Source of the DNA: Leptonemataceae bacterium
GTDB lineage: Bacteria > Spirochaetota > Leptospiria > Leptospirales > Leptonemataceae
Assembly: GCA_965227295.1 (NCBI GenBank)
Contig: OZ245742.1
Span: forward strand, 4,896,001-4,960,000
Reading direction: 5' to 3'
DNA length: 64,000 nt
Under the pieces are notes generated by a model, which was given only the letters and a program-made list of their open reading frames with translations, searched no databases and was not told where the DNA came from. This document shows, piece by piece, positions 26,159 through 36,485 of this stretch. The position numbers were made by a program, and so were the translations under genes. The first letter of the stretch is position 1, and each line of letters begins with the position of its first letter.

Positions 26159-29100
26159 ATGCGAATTGTTACATGGTCCTGTCTGTTGTTACTCTCTTTC
26201 ACGCTCAGCAGCAGCGGATTGGGAGCCCAGGAGGCGATCCTGAGCATCGACACGACGGACACGCTGCACGAAATCGCGGGACAGTGCTCCTTCGCCGTCG
26301 ACGATAATCCGGCATACGCGGCGAAGGATTTTGACGCCTCGGGCTGGCCCACAATTCCCTGCAACAAACCGTGGGTTCTCACCCCGGATTTCGCCGACGT
26401 ACAGGGACCCGTCTGGTATCGCGTCGCCATCGATATCCCGAACCCCGAAGCCGTACGGAACCCGGCGCTGTTCCTGCCGCTCCAGTACCGCGGCATCCGC
26501 CTGTATCTGAACGGCCGGCAAATCCGCGAAACGCGCCCGCACAACGAAGCCGGAGAAACCCCGCTCCTTCCGGGAAAACCGGAGATCGTTCCGCTTCAAC
26601 TGGATCAGTTGGATGCGGGCCGCAACGTCATCGCCATTCGTACCGAGGCGCTGTCTTACTGGGGCGGTCTGGACGGCAGCATGTTCTTCGGTCCCGCCGC
26701 CCAACTGGAGAACCGCTGGATGTCGCGCATGATTCGTTACGCCGGCCTGGCCTTCGTCTCCATGTTCGTTGGTCTGTACTTCTTTCTGTTTTTTCTGCAA
26801 CGCCGCGAAGAAGTCTACACGCTCTTCATGGCCCTTACGTCCTTCGCGCTGGGCTCCTGGATCCTCGGCTACCGCGGACTCATTTTTTTCCTGGTGGACC
26901 AGTACTGGCTCTACCTGGCACTAACCTTTGCCGGTGCGATTCTAACGAACGCCTTCGTTATTCGTTTTATTCACTCGTTCTTCGGCATGCGTCAGGGCAT
27001 TTTCGCGCTTTCACTCGAGTTTACGTCCTACGCTCTCGTCGCCGCCCTGGTCATTGAATTCCTGGCCACCGGCCTCATTCGGTTCTTCACACAGTTTCTC
27101 TTTCTCGCGTTCATGGGCATCTCGCTTTTGATCGCCGTCTACCTGCTGATTATTTGCATTCGCGCCGCCCTGGCGCGCAAAACGTTCGGCCGGCGCATCC
27201 TCTTCGGATTTTTGCTCTACACCCTCGCCCTCACCTACAGCATGCAGGACTTCCTGGACATCGCCAAGGTGGAACCGGTACTCAGCGAAGGTTTCTTCGC
27301 CATGATCGTGGTTTTCTCGACCGTGCTGGCTTCGCGCTTCTCGTCCATGCACCGCGAACTGGAGCGCGCCCACGAGGACCTGCTCGCCCTGGATCGCATT
27401 AAGGACGACTTCCTCGCGAACACATCGCATGAACTGCGCACTCCGCTGAACGGCATCATCGGCGTGGCCGAGTCGCTGCTCGCCGGGGCGGCGGGAACAC
27501 CCTCGGATGCCATGCGCATGAACCTCAGCCTCATCGCGAGGAGCGGTCGCCGGCTCGCCTCGCTCGTGGACGACATCCTGGATTTCTCGCGTCTGAAGAA
27601 CCGCGACCTGCGCATCAATCCCGTTTCCGTGGATGTGCATCCGGCCACGGAGCTGGTATTCGCCCTCATGCGACCGCTCGCCGAAACAAAGGGCCTGGTC
27701 CTGGAAAACCATGTCCCGCAGTCCGCGCCACCGGTCCTGGTGGACGAAAACCGTCTGCAACAGGTGCTCATGAACCTCGTCGGCAACGCGATCAAGTTTA
27801 CCGAACAGGGACAGGTGGCCGTGTATGCCCGCGAGATCGGTGGGCCCGAGGCCGCCGCCCTGGAAATCGAGGTGCGGGACACGGGCATCGGCATCGACGA
27901 GAAAGATATGGAAGGTGTCTTTCGTCCGTTCGAACAGGCCTCGGGAACCGCGGCGCGGGAGTACGGCGGCGCCGGACTGGGACTCAGCATCAGCCGTCAG
28001 CTCGTCGAACTGCACGGCGGAACGGTGCGCGTCGAATCAATTCCTGGAGAAGGATCGCACTTTTTCTTTACGCTGCCGGTGGCGTTGCAGGCCCCGGCCG
28101 TGAAGGAGACGGAGCGCCTCGTCGCCGCCGGACTTCATCACGACAATGCGGAGTCGAGCGTAAGCACTCCGGCGAACGTTATGCACCCGACCAACGGCTA
28201 CCGCATCCTGGCCGTGGACGATGAGCCGGTCAACCTCCAGGTATTGCATAACTCGCTGAGCGTCGCGGGCTTTCAGGTCACCTCCGCCGTGGACGGTCGC
28301 CAGGCCCTGGAGGTCATCGAACGCGACGGAGCCCCGGATCTGTTGTTGTTGGATGTGATGATGCCGAAGATGAGCGGCTACGAGGTGTGCCGCGTGCTCC
28401 GGGAACGTCATTCCCTTTCCGAACTTCCGATTCTCATGCTGACCGCGAGGAATCGCATTCAGGATCTCGTCACCGGTTTTGAGGTCGGCGCCAACGACTA
28501 CGTGGCGAAACCCTTCGATCAAAAAGAACTGCTGGCGCGGGTCACCACGCTGTTAACCTTAAAAGACGCCGTAGACTCACGCATGCGGTTGGTATCTTTG
28601 CAACAGGAACTGGCCATCGCCGAACGCCTGCAACTTTCGCTGCTGCCGGAAAACGCGCCGCAAAGCGACAGTGTGCGCGCGGCCATGCGTTATCAACCCA
28701 TGCAGAAGGTCGGCGGCGATTTCTACGATTTTCACCGCGGGGCGGACGGCGGCATCGGTTGCATCGTGGCGGATGTTTGCGGCCATGGAATTCCGGCCGC
28801 CTTGATCGCCTCGATGGTGAAACTTTCGTTCGCCGTACATTTCGGCTCCGCGGAGAAACCGGCCGAACTCCTGCAGGGCATGAACCGCATGCTCATCGAC
28901 ATGGTGGGCACGAACTTCGTATCCGCGGTCTACGCCTACGTGAGTCCGCAGGACGGCCGCGTGTCCCTGGTCAACGCCGGTCATCCGGCAACACTCATCC
29001 ATCGGCGCGCAACCGGCGAGATTCTTTCGCTGCGCCCCCGGGGCCTGCCCCTGGGATGTTTCGACGATATGAAGTTGCTGGTGGAATCGGTGGAGCTGAA

Positions 29101-29353
29101 TCCCGGAGATCGCATCCTGCTCTTTACGGACGGCGTCACCGAAACACCGAATCCCGAGGACGTCTGGTTCGGCGAAGGCCAGGTGGAGAGTTTCCTGAAA
29201 AGACACGCGGACACTGCCCTGGATGAGCTGCCGGATCGCCTGCTGGAACACGTCACCGGATATACCGGTAAAGACGGGGTACTCAAGGACGATCTTACGG
29301 TCATCGCCCTTGAGTACGACGGCGCGGTGCTGGACCGCGCCGCCGCAAGTTGA
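26159..29353 (+). CDS. Membrane hybrid sensor: extracellular beta-sandwich, 7TM, HisKA, HATPase, REC and SpoIIE/PP2C phosphatase
   Basis: Signal peptide, WYR beta-sandwich, ~7 TM, SHELRTPL, NLVGNAIKFT, DTGIG, GGAGLGL; REC VDDEP..LLDVMMP..KPF; PP2C VGGDFYD, ADVCGHG, TDG, DDLT. Confidence 0.92.
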   Translation: MRIVTWSCLLLLSFTLSSSGLGAQEAILSIDTTDTLHEIAGQCSFAVDDNPAYAAKDFDASGWPTIPCNKPWVLTPDFADVQGPVWYRVAIDIPNPEAVRNPALFLPLQYRGIRLYLNGRQIRETRPHNEAGETPLLPGKPEIVPLQLDQLDAGRNVIAIRTEALSYWGGLDGSMFFGPAAQLENRWMSRMIRYAGLAFVSMFVGLYFFLFFLQRREEVYTLFMALTSFALGSWILGYRGLIFFLVDQYWLYLALTFAGAILTNAFVIRFIHSFFGMRQGIFALSLEFTSYALVAALVIEFLATGLIRFFTQFLFLAFMGISLLIAVYLLIICIRAALARKTFGRRILFGFLLYTLALTYSMQDFLDIAKVEPVLSEGFFAMIVVFSTVLASRFSSMHRELERAHEDLLALDRIKDDFLANTSHELRTPLNGIIGVAESLLAGAAGTPSDAMRMNLSLIARSGRRLASLVDDILDFSRLKNRDLRINPVSVDVHPATELVFALMRPLAETKGLVLENHVPQSAPPVLVDENRLQQVLMNLVGNAIKFTEQGQVAVYAREIGGPEAAALEIEVRDTGIGIDEKDMEGVFRPFEQASGTAAREYGGAGLGLSISRQLVELHGGTVRVESIPGEGSHFFFTLPVALQAPAVKETERLVAAGLHHDNAESSVSTPANVMHPTNGYRILAVDDEPVNLQVLHNSLSVAGFQVTSAVDGRQALEVIERDGAPDLLLLDVMMPKMSGYEVCRVLRERHSLSELPILMLTARNRIQDLVTGFEVGANDYVAKPFDQKELLARVTTLLTLKDAVDSRMRLVSLQQELAIAERLQLSLLPENAPQSDSVRAAMRYQPMQKVGGDFYDFHRGADGGIGCIVADVCGHGIPAALIASMVKLSFAVHFGSAEKPAELLQGMNRMLIDMVGTNFVSAVYAYVSPQDGRVSLVNAGHPATLIHRRATGEILSLRPRGLPLGCFDDMKLLVESVELNPGDRILLFTDGVTETPNPEDVWFGEGQVESFLKRHADTALDELPDRLLEHVTGYTGKDGVLKDDLTVIALEYDGAVLDRAAAS

Positions 29354-31429
29354 TCAATAGACGTTGAAGGATCGAGACGAACCGCTGTAGCTGGAAATGT
29401 TCCCGGTCCAGCCGGACTTCCAGTGTCCCTGCTGCACGAAGCGGTACTCGCCGGACGCTGCGTCCGCGGGAATCTTCCATTCCACGGTTACCTTCGAGTT
29501 CGCCACGCCGCTGCGTTTCCAGATGTAACGCGTTTCCGGATCCCAGTCGTTGGCGATGGTCTGCCACGAACCGCCGACGCGGCGTTGCACCTTAAGGTAC
29601 GTTCCCTGGATTCTAAGGTTGTTCTTCGGATGCGCGCCCCAGAAGACGGCCTTCGCGGTCTGGCCGCGGCTGTAGGAACCCGCCGGCTGGGATTCCACAT
29701 CGCCGAAGTCTTTAAAGAGCGGCTTGTCGTCGAAGACCACGCCGGTTTGCAGGCTGATCTGCTCGTCTTTCAGATCGCGCGGAGTGGGGCCCGGCAGATT
29801 GTCGTTCCCGTTTACCAGGAAGTCGGCGAGCTTCGAGGTTTCCTGACGGAGGGCGTTTTCGGTCCACGGACCGAAGTGCGTCGACGCGCCCTCGTACTGC
29901 TGCTCGCTGTACTCTTCGCGGGTGGCGACGTAGCCGGCGTAGGCGTTCGCGAGGCCGACGATCACGGCGCGGGATACGCCGGTGTCTCCCAGCTTCGCGA
30001 GCACTTCTTCGCGCAGACGGCGACCGGCCATGGTCGTAATCTCGAACGGCACCGCGATCAACGCCAGGTCGCCGATGACACCGATCTGCACCGGCAGGAC
30101 CTCCGGCGTCCAGGGATACGGCGTAAATCGTCCCATGGGCAGCAGGATCACCTTTTCCCCGTGACAGGCCTGATCTTCCGGCACTAATGTAAACTGAGGC
30201 CAACTTACGCCGTCGTAAACGAGACCTTCGGGAATGAACTCGATGCCCGGCCCGTCCTCGGTGGAACCGGCGATCATCGATACACCGATGGCGGCGACAC
30301 AGGTGCGCCGGGAACCCACGCCGGTGAAGTCCGGCTGAATGGTTAGATCGGAGAAGTCGATGTACTTGTGACGATAGTCCACGCCGCCGACCAGATTCTG
30401 GCTGGCGCCGTTGTAGAGCTCAAGGGCTTTGTCGTACTGGCGGCGGGCGATGATCTCGTTGCGCGGATAATCGTTTACGTTGTCCGGCACGCCCCAGAGA
30501 TTTGGCGAAACGTCGCCCTCGTTGGCGTTCGCGAACGAGGCCACGAAGGTATCCGCGGCGCCGTAGTTCGTGCCCTTCGCCTCTTCGAAGAGGTACGAGG
30601 CCAGACCCTTGTTGTCGCCGGAGATCAGCTTGTTCTTGTTGCCGATGTTCGTCGCATGCACGGCGAACCAGGAGATCATGCCGCGCTCCTGGCCGCCGCG
30701 GCTTAACTTCAACACGGTCATGTCTTTGTCCGTGTCGTGTTGGTACTGCATGCGTTCGTGGGCGGGGTTCGCGTTGTAGGCGACGATGGAACGGTTGAAC
30801 GAGGCATCGAGTAACTCGCCGTCGTTGATCTTGATTTCACCGGCACCGACGTTGTTATGCGCACGCACGATGCTTTCGTAGATGCCGTCGACGATGGCGT
30901 TGTAGTTCTGCGAGTCGAAGCCGAAGCTCGTTAAGTTGTAGAGCGCGTAGTGCGAGTAAGCGCCGGGACCGCTGTGGGTATGCGTGGCGCTGATCATCAC
31001 GTTTTCGTCGGTGTAGAGCGAGCCGTAGGTTTGTTTGAGTTTTTTTACGACGCCCTGCTTCACGGACTGGAAGATCTGTCCGAGATCGGCGCTTACAAAA
31101 ACCAGGCGTTTGCCGTTGCAGGCCGTGCCGATGACGTAGGCGCGCGAACGCAGACGCATGTGAATGCCCTCGGTCTTTTGATCGACGGAGGCGTAGCCCA
31201 TCATGCCCAGCTCCGCGGCCGGACCGGTGATGTCGTAGATGCCGGTACCGATATCGAAGGTGGTGTTGTTGGTGCAGCCCTCGGGCGCGGTGGTCGGCGT
31301 GGTTACCGGCGGTGGTACAACGACGGGTGCGTCGTCGTCACAGAACGTGAGTGTGAGCGGTAAGATGAGCGCCAGCGCAACGGCCGCGCGCTTCGTCCGC
31401 CCGCCGGGCGTACGGATTGAGTGAAACAT
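29354..31429 (-). CDS. Neutral/alkaline ceramidase (probable lipoprotein)
   Basis: DITGPAA, THTHSGPG, SGDNKG, GDVSPN, TTMAGRRLR, QQYEGAST; N-terminal LTFC lipobox. Confidence 0.92.
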   Translation of the reverse strand: MFHSIRTPGGRTKRAAVALALILPLTLTFCDDDAPVVVPPPVTTPTTAPEGCTNNTTFDIGTGIYDITGPAAELGMMGYASVDQKTEGIHMRLRSRAYVIGTACNGKRLVFVSADLGQIFQSVKQGVVKKLKQTYGSLYTDENVMISATHTHSGPGAYSHYALYNLTSFGFDSQNYNAIVDGIYESIVRAHNNVGAGEIKINDGELLDASFNRSIVAYNANPAHERMQYQHDTDKDMTVLKLSRGGQERGMISWFAVHATNIGNKNKLISGDNKGLASYLFEEAKGTNYGAADTFVASFANANEGDVSPNLWGVPDNVNDYPRNEIIARRQYDKALELYNGASQNLVGGVDYRHKYIDFSDLTIQPDFTGVGSRRTCVAAIGVSMIAGSTEDGPGIEFIPEGLVYDGVSWPQFTLVPEDQACHGEKVILLPMGRFTPYPWTPEVLPVQIGVIGDLALIAVPFEITTMAGRRLREEVLAKLGDTGVSRAVIVGLANAYAGYVATREEYSEQQYEGASTHFGPWTENALRQETSKLADFLVNGNDNLPGPTPRDLKDEQISLQTGVVFDDKPLFKDFGDVESQPAGSYSRGQTAKAVFWGAHPKNNLRIQGTYLKVQRRVGGSWQTIANDWDPETRYIWKRSGVANSKVTVEWKIPADAASGEYRFVQQGHWKSGWTGNISSYSGSSRSFNVY

Positions 31430-31766
31430 GGGGTCCCCCTTTTTGAATCGAGCGCACCCGCCTGGAAGACGCTTGCCTTCGCAGGACGGTTCGCATTATG
31501 AACACTGTTAGCCGCCGTCGTTATGTTTTATGTGGTTTTGGCGGCAACGTGGGCAGATGTTACCATGGGTAACATTGGCTGTCTTGAAGGATTATGTTAT
31601 GCGCGGATTTTTTCCGCCGATGAATTCTTCGCGAAGGCGGGACCGGCGTCCGGTGTTGTCATCATAACACTGTTCAATATGTTGCGCGTAGTACCTGGTG
31701 TTGACGGTCGCCCTGCCCTTCGGCCGTCAGCTCCGCAGATACATCGGCCGTCCAGGCGTTTGTAGT

Positions 31767-34700
31767 TCAATCATGGACCGCGGTGTTGATATAGAGGATG
31801 TTCCCCGCCTGATTCACACCGACCAGTAGATCACGATCCCCGTCTCCGTCTACGTCGCGCCAGATGACATGAACGAAGCCGCCGTCCGCGGCGTCCGCCC
31901 CCAGAACCGACGGCTCCACAATAAATTGCGGCGGAGTGAGAGGACCACCGCCCGATTCTACACTTTGATTTTCCAGATACACAGCGGCGGAGTTAAACGG
32001 ATTCGCGACCAGGATATCGGCATCACCGTCGTTGTAATCACCCCAACTGGATGCGGCGCTCAAATCCACCATCCCGCCCAGGCCGCCGATGGAATACGGC
32101 GTGAACGCCAGCGTACTTCCGCCGGTGTTTCGCAGCAGGATCACGTCATTGTTGCCGGCCACGCTTTGTGATACGGTGACGAGTAGATCGTTGCGCCCGT
32201 CCTGATCGTAATCATGCCAGGTCGCGTGCGTTCCCTGTACGCCGATTTTCAATGCAGCAAGTTCTTCGCTCAGAACGCTTGAAAAATCAATCGCTTCGAA
32301 CACGGGACTTGCACCGCCGCCCGAATTTCGATAGAGACGCCCGTAGGTACCCGAGTCCGCCGAATTGGTCTGGTAGAGGACGACCAAATCCGGATCACCG
32401 TCGTTGTCCGCATCACCCCAGGCACTGAAGCGGGATGAAAGCGGGACAGAGAAACCTGCCGCCGCAACCAGTTCGAAATCGGGTTGTCCGGATTCTACCC
32501 GGAGATTTCGATACAGGCGATCCACTCCCTGACTCTGTGCATCGACAGGATTCTTCGAGTAAGTCACGAACAGATCCGGATCACCGTCGACGTCGTAATC
32601 GATCCATTCGGATTTCTCCGGGATATCCGCCGGACCACCCACAAACACGGGCGCGTCGATTCTCTCAAAGTCACCGTTTCCGTTGTTGCGAAAGAGCGCA
32701 TTGCTTCCGTCACCGGCAAAAAATACATCATCGAGTTGATCGCCGTTGAAGTCACCGACGGCGATGCGCCGAAGTCCGCCGATGGCGTGGTCAATCAGCG
32801 GATGAACGAACTCCGGCGCATCGGTGACCCGGAGGAACTCCTCGTTGTCGATGTTCTCGTAAATGTTGATTTGCCCGGGCAGTGTTTCGAGGACGTCCAG
32901 GTCTCCGTCATCGTCGTAGTCGAGGAATGCGACTTCGTAGATATTCACGGCCTGGGCCTTGAAGCGAATCGGATCAAACTTTCCTCTTATGAAAAATCGC
33001 AACGGGATACGGAGTTGCTGATTTTGGGCGTTATTGAAGACCAGTTCGAGATCATAACTTCCGCGGGCCAGAAGCGCTCTTTCAATTTCCAGCCCAATGG
33101 TTCGGCGTGCGGGTTGATCCGGCGTGGTCGCGGCCAGAACAAAGCCTTCCGTAATTTCACTGCCCTCTGAATCCACGATACGAACGCCTTCCGGTAAAGC
33201 ACCGGTGTCGGCGTTCCAGGTGATGGGAACGGGAAAGTCATTAATGAGATCGAAGGCCTGCGTAATACGAGCGGGTGCGTCCGGATATATGTTGCCAGAG
33301 TTGATCGGACCGGTGGTGCGCAGCCTCGGGGTATAGGATGAATCCGATGTCGCGGAAAGTACGGTTAACGGGTACGTGGACCAGATATCCTCGACAGCAC
33401 CGGCCCCGATGTAATAGCGCGGCTCGGCCCACCCGGTGTACGAGGTTGCCGGCGCATCCGGTGTGAACCTGAGCGCGATGCGCTGACTCGCGCCGGGTTG
33501 CAGTATGAAGTCGGGAGCGCGAACAATCGACCCGTCATCGCTGAATTCGGTTTGGAAGACTCCTCCCGGCCGTTGCCGCTCCTGACCCGTGAAGGTTTTG
33601 ATCGCCCGCGGTTCGCTGGACAGGCTCACGAATTTAAACGGCTGCACGACAGCGACGTTGAATTCCGGATAGGAACCGAACCACGGTGCTTCAAAGCTAA
33701 CTTGAGCCGGTGTCGTATAGAAGCCGTGATGCATTCCGTACAGGAGATTGTTGAGAGAACGAAACGCGTTCAGGCGACCGCCCGACACCACACGATCGCG
33801 TAGTTCGTCTTCCGGTGTAACGGAATTCAACAGCAGATTCTTGATTTGTTGCGCCGTGAGATCCGTACCGTTCACTGGTGCCGCGTCCTCCGGTAGACCG
33901 GAATGAGTCATGCCCGAGGAAAGCATCAGGGCGATGACCCCGCTTACGAAGGGCGCCGCCGCGGATGTGCCGCCGAAGACCTGGCCCCAGTGGCGCTGGC
34001 ACGACGGTACCTGTTCGCCGGCTTCGTTCACATAAAAACCCGGCGGATCGTAGGCATCCCCCGGCGCAGCCAGGTCCACGGTATTCCGGCCGTACTGGGA
34101 CGAGGGCCGCAGCCCGCCGTCTTCCGTATGTGCGGCGACGACGATGATGTTGTCGAGATCGAAGGCGCCGGGATAGTACGGCACCTGATCGTTGTCGGAT
34201 GCGTCGTTTCCCGCGGAAGCAACGAAGAGTTGTTGGGCCTCGCCGGCCGCGGCGATCATTGCAAAGAGAAAGTCGTCGCCGAGGCGCTGTTTATCGAAGT
34301 TCCCGTAGCTGTTGTTTGTAACCCGGACGCCGTTGGAGATCGCGTAGTCCACGGCCGCAATGATGGCGCTGGAACTGCCTGCGCCGGACGCCGAGATTAC
34401 TTTTTGAGGCAACACCATTGCTCCCCAACTGACACCACCGTCCGTTCGCAAACCGTCCTCGGACTCGGGGACCTCTGCGGCGTTAGCCACGATGGAGGCG
34501 ACTGCAGTCCCATGGCCGTAGCGTTTCGTAAATTCATTACCGCTGACACGGTCGTCGATCGGGTCATTGTCGCCGTTGATGAAATCCCAACCCAGGAGAT
34601 CGTCGATGTATCCGTTACCGTCCGCGTCGAGATTGTCCGTAAACGGTGAGGCCCCGTGAATGAGATCCCGCAGGTCGATGCAGCCGTTTCCGTCAAAGTC

Positions 34701-35459
34701 CATGCCGGCGTTCCGCATGTAGTTCAGCAGTTCGGTACTTTGCACAACGCCGTCCCCGTCGGAGTCCAGCAAGGACTGATCGATCCCCTCCGTAAGCAGT
34801 TCCGCCTGGTTGATCCAGATCCGATCTTCCAGACCGGGGTCGAGATAGTAGACACCGGTGTCGAGGATCCCCACCACAACGTCCGTGGTTCCCGCTTCGA
34901 TGGCCCAGGCCAGCTCCAGTTCCAGATCCTGGTATTGATATCCGTTGAGTACGGTCAAACTGCGCGAGCTATACTCGCTCTTCTGCAAACCGTCATCCAC
35001 ATGATACAGAAAGTCCGGTTGTATGTTTTGAATCCCGGGACGATTCTTGAGTACGTTGAGGATATGCTTGAGTGAAAAACCCGGATGCTCCAGAGTCAGA
35101 CGAAACAAATTGCCGTCGCGGATACCGGTCGCGATTCTCTTGCCGCCCCGGCGCAGATTTTCGAACGGCCCCGGGAGCACGGGAACAATGTCGCCGACCG
35201 CGTTCAATTCCGCATAACGAACCGGCAACCGGATGTCGGAATCACTCAGCAACCGGGCCGCACTCATATCGTTACCGCGTAGAAGCCGGGCAAGTGCCCC
35301 ATCCTCCAGGCGAACGATGAAACTCCAGCGCGTATAAGCGGGCCGTTGAGAAACGTCCCGAGGAATCGCATCCCAGGGCCAGGTCAGAAACAGGTACAAT
35401 CCGACAAAAACAATCACCACCAGGGAGATTAGGGAGAGGAGCATTGGCCTGAGTTTCAT
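31767..35459 (-). CDS. Subtilisin-like S8 serine peptidase with C-terminal FG-GAP/VCBS repeats
   Basis: Catalytic ILDTG, GHGTAVAS and GTSAAAP; DADGNGYIDDLLGWDF; repeated DyDxDGDxDL motifs. Confidence 0.9.
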   Translation of the reverse strand: MKLRPMLLSLISLVVIVFVGLYLFLTWPWDAIPRDVSQRPAYTRWSFIVRLEDGALARLLRGNDMSAARLLSDSDIRLPVRYAELNAVGDIVPVLPGPFENLRRGGKRIATGIRDGNLFRLTLEHPGFSLKHILNVLKNRPGIQNIQPDFLYHVDDGLQKSEYSSRSLTVLNGYQYQDLELELAWAIEAGTTDVVVGILDTGVYYLDPGLEDRIWINQAELLTEGIDQSLLDSDGDGVVQSTELLNYMRNAGMDFDGNGCIDLRDLIHGASPFTDNLDADGNGYIDDLLGWDFINGDNDPIDDRVSGNEFTKRYGHGTAVASIVANAAEVPESEDGLRTDGGVSWGAMVLPQKVISASGAGSSSAIIAAVDYAISNGVRVTNNSYGNFDKQRLGDDFLFAMIAAAGEAQQLFVASAGNDASDNDQVPYYPGAFDLDNIIVVAAHTEDGGLRPSSQYGRNTVDLAAPGDAYDPPGFYVNEAGEQVPSCQRHWGQVFGGTSAAAPFVSGVIALMLSSGMTHSGLPEDAAPVNGTDLTAQQIKNLLLNSVTPEDELRDRVVSGGRLNAFRSLNNLLYGMHHGFYTTPAQVSFEAPWFGSYPEFNVAVVQPFKFVSLSSEPRAIKTFTGQERQRPGGVFQTEFSDDGSIVRAPDFILQPGASQRIALRFTPDAPATSYTGWAEPRYYIGAGAVEDIWSTYPLTVLSATSDSSYTPRLRTTGPINSGNIYPDAPARITQAFDLINDFPVPITWNADTGALPEGVRIVDSEGSEITEGFVLAATTPDQPARRTIGLEIERALLARGSYDLELVFNNAQNQQLRIPLRFFIRGKFDPIRFKAQAVNIYEVAFLDYDDDGDLDVLETLPGQINIYENIDNEEFLRVTDAPEFVHPLIDHAIGGLRRIAVGDFNGDQLDDVFFAGDGSNALFRNNGNGDFERIDAPVFVGGPADIPEKSEWIDYDVDGDPDLFVTYSKNPVDAQSQGVDRLYRNLRVESGQPDFELVAAAGFSVPLSSRFSAWGDADNDGDPDLVVLYQTNSADSGTYGRLYRNSGGGASPVFEAIDFSSVLSEELAALKIGVQGTHATWHDYDQDGRNDLLVTVSQSVAGNNDVILLRNTGGSTLAFTPYSIGGLGGMVDLSAASSWGDYNDGDADILVANPFNSAAVYLENQSVESGGGPLTPPQFIVEPSVLGADAADGGFVHVIWRDVDGDGDRDLLVGVNQAGNILYINTAVHD

Positions 35460-35504
35460 ACGACATTCTCCAATTCGATTTCGTCACTCTGAACAAAACG
35501 AGTC

Positions 35505-36320
35505 TCACATACAAAAGCGCGCGTGTACCATCTTACTGTTCTTCGCCAGAAAGAACGACGGCTGCACGCCGAAGTTATCCTTAAACACGCGGGACATGTG
35601 CGCGGAGTCGCTGAAACCGGCGGCGTGTGCCGCTTCGGTTAATGTGATGCCTTCTTTCAAAAATTCCGCGGCCTTGTGCAGGCGGAGCCACAGGATGAAC
35701 CGGCGCACGGGCAGCCCGAGTTCTTCTTTGAAGACGTGCATGAAGCGCATTTCGGAGAGGCCGGCGCGGGCGGCGAGTTCACTGACGGCGATCTGATCGG
35801 GCGGGAGGTCGGCCTTGAGTTCCTGGACGATGCGCGCGATGCGTTCGTCGAGGGGCGGCCGCGCTTCGGCGTGCTCCGGCGTGATGGCGTGCAGCACCGC
35901 TTCGAAGAATGCGCCGGCCTCGGTGCAATCGTAGGCGCCGAGAAAGAGATCACTGAAATCTACGGCGAGGGGCTGCAACTGCTCGAACGGGACTTCGCGA
36001 AAGCCGGCGTCCCCGAGCCACTGTCCCACGGGACCGTAGAGGTCCAGGTCCGGATCGATCTGCAACACGACGAAGCGTCGCTCCGGCGCCACCGCCTGGT
36101 GATAAAAGTTCGGCGAAAGCACCACCGCACGATACTCGCCGAGTTCGATCACCTCGTCCCCCTTCGTAACTCCCGGCGGCCGGCCCTTAAGCAACATGGG
36201 TTCGTCGAGGGAGATCAGGACCGAAACGGCGTAATGCCCGTGGGGCTCGGTGGTGTTCCCGTACGCGGCGTAGAGGATGCGCCCCTGCCAGATGTAGAGC
36301 TGATTTTTCGAGGGCAGCAC
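35505..36320 (-). CDS. AraC family transcriptional regulator
   Basis: C-terminal LAARAGLSEMRFMHVFK...AAHAAGFSDSAHMSRVFK HTH pair. Confidence 0.92.
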   Translation of the reverse strand: MLPSKNQLYIWQGRILYAAYGNTTEPHGHYAVSVLISLDEPMLLKGRPPGVTKGDEVIELGEYRAVVLSPNFYHQAVAPERRFVVLQIDPDLDLYGPVGQWLGDAGFREVPFEQLQPLAVDFSDLFLGAYDCTEAGAFFEAVLHAITPEHAEARPPLDERIARIVQELKADLPPDQIAVSELAARAGLSEMRFMHVFKEELGLPVRRFILWLRLHKAAEFLKEGITLTEAAHAAGFSDSAHMSRVFKDNFGVQPSFFLAKNSKMVHARFCM

Positions 36321-36341
36321 GTTTCACAAATCCTGAATTAT

Positions 36342-36468
36342 ACTCCGAGGACCGAGGTACCGAGTTCTTTTGGGAGAGCGATCGTCGCCTGAATGCGTCC
36401 GGGCTACGATCGCCCTGTCATCATACTACTTTAATTCACTCTTAGCTCGCTCCCTCGGTCCTCGGAGT
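36342..36468. repeat. REP-like 16-bp inverted repeat pair
   Basis: ACTCCGAGGACCGAGG (36342-36357) and CCTCGGTCCTCGGAGT (36453-36468); related sequence at 59258. Confidence 0.65.
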
Positions 36469-36485
36469 CAAAATCTTTTATTAAC

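Noticed and set aside
31767..33000. Repeated GAC/GAT-rich motifs as a DNA repeat array
   Set aside because: Explained by protein-level FG-GAP/VCBS repeats in the S8 peptidase.
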